The notes beneath the pieces were generated by a model. That model searched no databases, had not been told where the DNA came from, and saw only the letters and a list, made by a program, of their open reading frames with translations. A stretch of DNA of 59,287 nucleotides, taken from the NCBI GenBank assembly GCA_012523605.1, contig JAAYTY010000101.1, positions 1 to 59,287 on the forward strand, in the 5' to 3' direction. Below, piece by piece: positions 55,478 to 59,287 of this stretch. The first letter of the stretch is position 1, and each line of letters opens with the position of its first letter. This DNA comes from Candidatus Fermentibacterota bacterium. GTDB taxonomy: Bacteria; Fermentibacterota; Fermentibacteria; Fermentibacterales; Fermentibacteraceae. The position numbers and the translations under genes are program-made.

Positions 55478-58400
55478 TCAGGCGATCTCCCTGAGGCGCA
55501 TCTTGAGGGTCTCCGGTTCCGAGGCGAGGGTCCTCACGAGTCCGAGAACCCTCTCGTCCCGGGCTACCGTATCGAGGAGGCGCATCAGGTCGGTGTCTCG
55601 CCCGGCCGCCTCCAGGAGGGGCGGATGCTCCTCCAGCAGATGAAGCATCTCCTCCCTTGCGGGATCCAGAGTCCAGCGAAGCAGAATGGCGACGACCTCC
55701 GCGTTGTCCCTGTACTTCCGCTTCATCTCGACGCTTATTTCCTCGGCCTGGGCGGCGGTGACTTCCCCCTCCGCGCGGCGCAGGCTCCGGAACACCTCGA
55801 GAACCGCTTCGTAGGCTTCCCGGGCCGACTCGGGCGCGAATTCGGAATGCCTCCCGGTCCCCGAGAACAGCCATACGGAGCTCATCGCCTCGCGGGCGAA
55901 CACCTCCCGGCGCGGATCCCCGATCCCCTGGCAGGCATCCTCCACAACGAGGAAGAGCTGTCCGAACCGTCTCAGGAACCTCACCTGAGACACCACTCCC
56001 GGCTCCTTAGAGAGCCTGTCGAGCAGTCTGTCCACCAGCCTGTCCCTGTCGCCCATGCCCATGAGCATCAGCTCGACCCTGCTCATGGCCCGGCGTCTCC
56101 AGAGCGGGCGGAACAGCTGCTTGTCGAGCAGCCTGAGGGCTTCGCGGGCCGTCGGCGTGAAATGCCCCCCCTCTCCCACGGAGAGGCAGCGCTCGAAGGC
56201 GAGAAGCAGTTCCTCCCCGCCGGTCTCCGTGCCGAGGAACTCGGAGACCTCGAGGAAGCTCTCGGTGAGCTGGTCGATCTGAGCCTGGCGCGAGTTCTCG
56301 AGGAGCACCAGATCGGTGAGCACCGCCCCCAGGGGAGTGAAGGCTTCCAGCCGCCATGCCCTGCACGCATTCTCTCCGGGCTTCTCCGATGCCTTTTTCG
56401 CAAAGAGCTTCTCTATCCTGTCGAGTGCGGTCGGAGAGAGCTGGACTTCCTCCCCCCGCTCGAATCTCCTGAACACACTCAGCAGATCGCCCTCCACGGT
56501 CTCCGCCAGCTGCTGGACCAGCGCAGCCCCGCCGGGGCGCAGAAGAGCCGGCCGTCTCATGAGCCCGGCCCGGTACAGGCCCTCCCACAGCTTTTTGGCC
56601 TCGTGTGTGAAGAGCCTCTGGAGCCGTCTGTCCGCGGTCAGCGTCCTCGAGAGCTGTGCGGCCTCCCGTACGAGAACGGCCTCCGGCGCCCTGTTCTCCG
56701 TCCAGGTCTCGTAGAGGTCTGTCGCCCAGGTCAGGGGAAGGTCCGGAGGGAGAGCCTTGCCCCCCGTGAGAAACGCCTGGAACCGGGCCGAATAGCAGTC
56801 GATGAGGATCTGTTCGAGCCTCATCGAGGCCTCGGCGAGATACGCGGCCCCTGCGACAACTCCCTGGCTGGTCCTCACCGCCTGCTCGGAAAGCGAGTAG
56901 GCGAAGCCGGCGACCCGGGGGGGATCCTCGGGAAAGAGCTCGATGGTGACCGGCAGTATCTGACCGAAGAAGACAACCCCGGTGCGCGTCTGCCATCTGG
57001 CGACCTGCGGGTCCGTGTCTCCGCCGGAGGCCGAAGGCATGATCTTCTCCATCAGCGCCTGCAGGCTCTGGGAGTTCACGCTGTCCAGCATGTCCGGCCA
57101 GTCCACCAACGCCCGCACCAGCCTCGGAAGCCCTTTCTGCATGAAGCCGGGAAGCGCGGTGTCGGACGGATCCTGCCAGACCGCCTGCCTGCTGAAGGAG
57201 GCGCATACCGTCTTCACGACCTCGACCAGGGCCGAGGACCTCTCCTTCTCCAGGCCGGACATCCGGAGGAGGTCCGATATCACCGACTCCAAGACCCTGG
57301 TCCTGTCTCCCGTGCGGAAGAGCCTCTGCAGAAGGTCGTTCTCCGCGTCACGGAGAGCGGTCTCCTGTCCCGGGGTCTTGTTGTACTCGGTGGCCGCGGC
57401 GGTGAGGTATTCCTCGAAGACCTCCCCCCGGTCGTTCAGCTCCTCCAGCACCGGAGCCACGACGTTCTCCAGGAACCTCAGACGCAGGCTCCTGGTCTGG
57501 ACTTTCTCAAGTGCAGACGCGACCTTCCCCAGTGACGGGGCCTCCTCGGCGGCGAGGCGGCTCAGCCAGTGCGGCGGAAGCGTAGAATGCAGCCTGTCCC
57601 TCTCCTCCGGGATCAGGAGCCCCAGGAGGTTCGCCACATCGCCCGTTCTCTGCAGGACCGCCGGAACCTGCTCGGGCGAAGCGCCCCTCACCACGAGAGC
57701 CGCAGCCTGGAAGACGTCGCCCGAGTCGAGCCCGGGTATGGTGAAGGACAGCTCGATCGCCTCCAGGGCCTGCGCGGCGGCGGGGCAGAACGCTATCGCT
57801 TCGAAGACCCTGGCCGCGGCGTTGCGCACCTGTCTCGGTATCTCCTGATCGGTCCCCGCGAAACCCAGAAGCCTGATCAGCCTGAACCACTCGTCTTCGG
57901 AATGGAGGGGAAGCCTGTCCTTGAAGTCGTTCGCTATGTCCACGGCCTCGAGGAGCTGCCCCTCCTGGAGCTGTCCCTGGAACTTCTCCAGAAGGCCCAG
58001 CAGGAAGGAGAGATCGGGCCTGCCGCCGCCCATCATGCAAGCCAGCCTCACGAGGGCGGCCCCGGTCCTGAAGGGCTGCTGAAGGTTCCCCCTCAGAGCG
58101 GAGACCTGGGTGATGAGCTCCAGCTCCCCCACGGCCTCGATCGCCCTGTGCACCTCGGGAACCGCATCCAGAGCGGCCTGGACCACCGCCATGTCCTTCT
58201 CCGCGAACATCCCTGACACAACGCGAAGACGGACATCGGCCATGATCTGAACCAGGCTGCCCTGGCTCTCCATCTCACCCAGGAGCCCGGCAAGGAGATC
58301 CAGCGTCTGGGGCGGCACCGAGGTGGCCCGGAGCCTGCGGAACAGGGGTTCTCCAAGGCGGCCCACGGCTCTCCAGAGCGGCATGTGCTCGTCCGCCATG

Positions 58401-59083
58401 AAGCGCCATCCCATCTCCGCGGCGAAGTCCAGCAGGGATTCCTGCGCATGGGGGGCGGCCTCCGGAAGCAGAGACTCGGCCCGTTTCAGCGCCTGTATCA
58501 CGTCCGGGCCGCCGATGCTGGTCCTTTCCAGCCAGTAGCAGAACCTCTCCGGCCAGCGACCGGCGAGCTGTATCAGGAAGTGCACCATGGCGGCCGATCG
58601 AGGGCCCTCGCCCACCGCCCGGAGGGCACGGTAGAGCACCGCGAGAACCCGGTCCATCTCCATGCCGGCGGAAGTGCGCACCTGGTCCCACATCCAGGCC
58701 AACTGGAAGAACTCCATTATGCCGGTCGAATAGGTGGAGGGAAGCAGAGTGCTGACCGCCCAGATCCAGCGTCTGGCCAGATGGGCGTCGATGGGCGGGG
58801 CGGCCGATATGAGGCTAAGGCTGTCCAGGAGCCTCTGGCGGGAAGCCTCGCTGAGCCTCGCCAGCATCCCGGACATGTCCCGGCAGACGCCGTCCCAGCT
58901 CCGGTCTTCGAATACCCTCAGCCCGGCCAGCTGGTTGGCAATCTCACGATCGAAGCTGATTGTCGCGGGAGCGTCCGTCGGGAGGTTGCTGTCGACCTTC
59001 ACCTCTGGAACGGGGGAGGGCCGCGGCTCGTTGGCTACGTACCAGAGCTTGAGCTTCTTAGCCAGGAGTTCCGACGGACTCAT
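55478..59083 (-). CDS. 1201-aa predicted all-alpha-helical cytoplasmic protein of unknown function
   Basis: Long ORF with ordinary amino-acid composition (Leu/Ala/Glu/Arg-rich, with Trp, Phe, Met, Lys and Asn present). The antisense ORF 55052..57535 is Pro/Arg/Gly/His-rich. The ATG at 59083 is preceded by GGAAGGTGGG. No P-loop, TM segment, signal peptide or catalytic motif recognised. Confidence 0.75.
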   Translation of the reverse strand: MSPSELLAKKLKLWYVANEPRPSPVPEVKVDSNLPTDAPATISFDREIANQLAGLRVFEDRSWDGVCRDMSGMLARLSEASRQRLLDSLSLISAAPPIDAHLARRWIWAVSTLLPSTYSTGIMEFFQLAWMWDQVRTSAGMEMDRVLAVLYRALRAVGEGPRSAAMVHFLIQLAGRWPERFCYWLERTSIGGPDVIQALKRAESLLPEAAPHAQESLLDFAAEMGWRFMADEHMPLWRAVGRLGEPLFRRLRATSVPPQTLDLLAGLLGEMESQGSLVQIMADVRLRVVSGMFAEKDMAVVQAALDAVPEVHRAIEAVGELELITQVSALRGNLQQPFRTGAALVRLACMMGGGRPDLSFLLGLLEKFQGQLQEGQLLEAVDIANDFKDRLPLHSEDEWFRLIRLLGFAGTDQEIPRQVRNAAARVFEAIAFCPAAAQALEAIELSFTIPGLDSGDVFQAAALVVRGASPEQVPAVLQRTGDVANLLGLLIPEERDRLHSTLPPHWLSRLAAEEAPSLGKVASALEKVQTRSLRLRFLENVVAPVLEELNDRGEVFEEYLTAAATEYNKTPGQETALRDAENDLLQRLFRTGDRTRVLESVISDLLRMSGLEKERSSALVEVVKTVCASFSRQAVWQDPSDTALPGFMQKGLPRLVRALVDWPDMLDSVNSQSLQALMEKIMPSASGGDTDPQVARWQTRTGVVFFGQILPVTIELFPEDPPRVAGFAYSLSEQAVRTSQGVVAGAAYLAEASMRLEQILIDCYSARFQAFLTGGKALPPDLPLTWATDLYETWTENRAPEAVLVREAAQLSRTLTADRRLQRLFTHEAKKLWEGLYRAGLMRRPALLRPGGAALVQQLAETVEGDLLSVFRRFERGEEVQLSPTALDRIEKLFAKKASEKPGENACRAWRLEAFTPLGAVLTDLVLLENSRQAQIDQLTESFLEVSEFLGTETGGEELLLAFERCLSVGEGGHFTPTAREALRLLDKQLFRPLWRRRAMSRVELMLMGMGDRDRLVDRLLDRLSKEPGVVSQVRFLRRFGQLFLVVEDACQGIGDPRREVFAREAMSSVWLFSGTGRHSEFAPESAREAYEAVLEVFRSLRRAEGEVTAAQAEEISVEMKRKYRDNAEVVAILLRWTLDPAREEMLHLLEEHPPLLEAAGRDTDLMRLLDTVARDERVLGLVRTLASEPETLKMRLREIA

Positions 59084-59287
59084 CCCACCTTCCGTCCCCG
59101 GAAGCCTCTCGCCGGTCTATTTCGCCGTCCTCGGCCGATAGAACGGCCGCATCGACCAGAACGTCCCCCTCGGGGAGGTCCATGAGCTTCACGCCCTGCG
59201 TATTCCTGCCGCACTGGCGGACATCGCTCACGGGCAACCTTATCACCATTCCCCGGGCGGAGACAAGTATCATCTCGTCCCCGGGAC
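59058..59287 (-). CDS. gyrA: DNA gyrase subunit A, 3' end only (the gene continues beyond the window)
   Basis: C-terminal beta-pinwheel blade ...ILVSARGMVIRLPVSDVRQCGRNTQGVKLMDLPEGDVLVDAAVL, followed by an acidic tail. TAA stop at 59058-59060. The frame is open to nt 59287. Confidence 0.85.
   Translation of the reverse strand, partial: PGDEMILVSARGMVIRLPVSDVRQCGRNTQGVKLMDLPEGDVLVDAAVLSAEDGEIDRREASGDGRWDESVGTPG

Noticed and set aside
55052-57535. Very long ORFs antisense to real genes. Examples: 55052..57535 (+), 1448..3757 (+), 47060..49333 (+), 12558..14135 (-), 14210..15625 (-), 17622..19241 (-), 28627..30396 (-) and 35933..37126 (-).
   Set aside because: Their translations are dominated by Arg, Pro, Gly and His with no motifs, which is typical of shadow ORFs in GC-rich DNA. 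The opposite strand encodes recognisable proteins in every case.
1-59287. tRNA, rRNA, CRISPR arrays and toxin-antitoxin or defence-island signatures.
   Set aside because: Intergenic regions are short. I saw no T-loop (GGTTCGAATCC-like) context outside coding sequence, no spaced direct repeats, and no RT, Cas, restriction or abortive-infection-type motifs on reading all credible ORFs.

Overview
GC-rich bacterial chromosomal segment with dense, often overlapping genes and about 55 supportable CDS. No rRNA, tRNA or CRISPR array was recognised. TGA is the usual stop codon, and ATGA/GTGA four-nucleotide overlaps between genes are common. Several features point to a diderm, probably uncultivated lineage, but phylum cannot be fixed from the sequence alone: T9SS-type C-terminal sorting domains, OmpA-family proteins, a V/A-type ATPase and a tungsten-type aldehyde:ferredoxin oxidoreductase. 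Main blocks: (1) a GGDEF protein, then the conserved minus-strand cluster phoH-pgpH-ybeY-corC-recO-glyQS. (2) An envelope/signalling group: LysM protein, small coiled-coil lipoprotein, VanZ, degenerate GGDEF. (3) rho, then a tightly coupled plus-strand run rpmE-DUF1385-prfA-prmC-ispG-glnA. (4) Secreted and envelope proteins: beta-propeller lipoprotein, 4x PPC-repeat lipoprotein, metallophosphoesterase, RNase D, putative outer-membrane barrel, acylphosphatase, two tandem OmpA-like paralogs, NUDIX, thioredoxin lipoprotein, and a clan-CD peptidase with a sorting domain. (5) An IS200/RAYT-like HUH protein fused to a DnaA-C-like HTH, transporters and an RRM protein. (6) A ferredoxin-AOR-ThiS operon divergent from a ThiF-like E1. 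(7) A complete V/A-type ATPase operon (G/H-I-K-E-C-F-A-B-D). (8) Bactofilin, asparaginase, a 1201-aa all-helical orphan protein and the 3' end of gyrA. Most notable observations: an in-frame TGA replaces the invariant Gly of the PGRRGYPGY motif in ATPase subunit B. An AT-rich intergenic region upstream of the ATPase operon carries a perfect DnaA box, three near-boxes and a perfect 16-bp palindrome. A ThiS/ThiF pair sits beside AOR with no thiazole genes in the window. A giant orphan protein appears translationally coupled to gyrA. A 45-aa Lys/Ala-repeat protein has its own near-consensus promoter.
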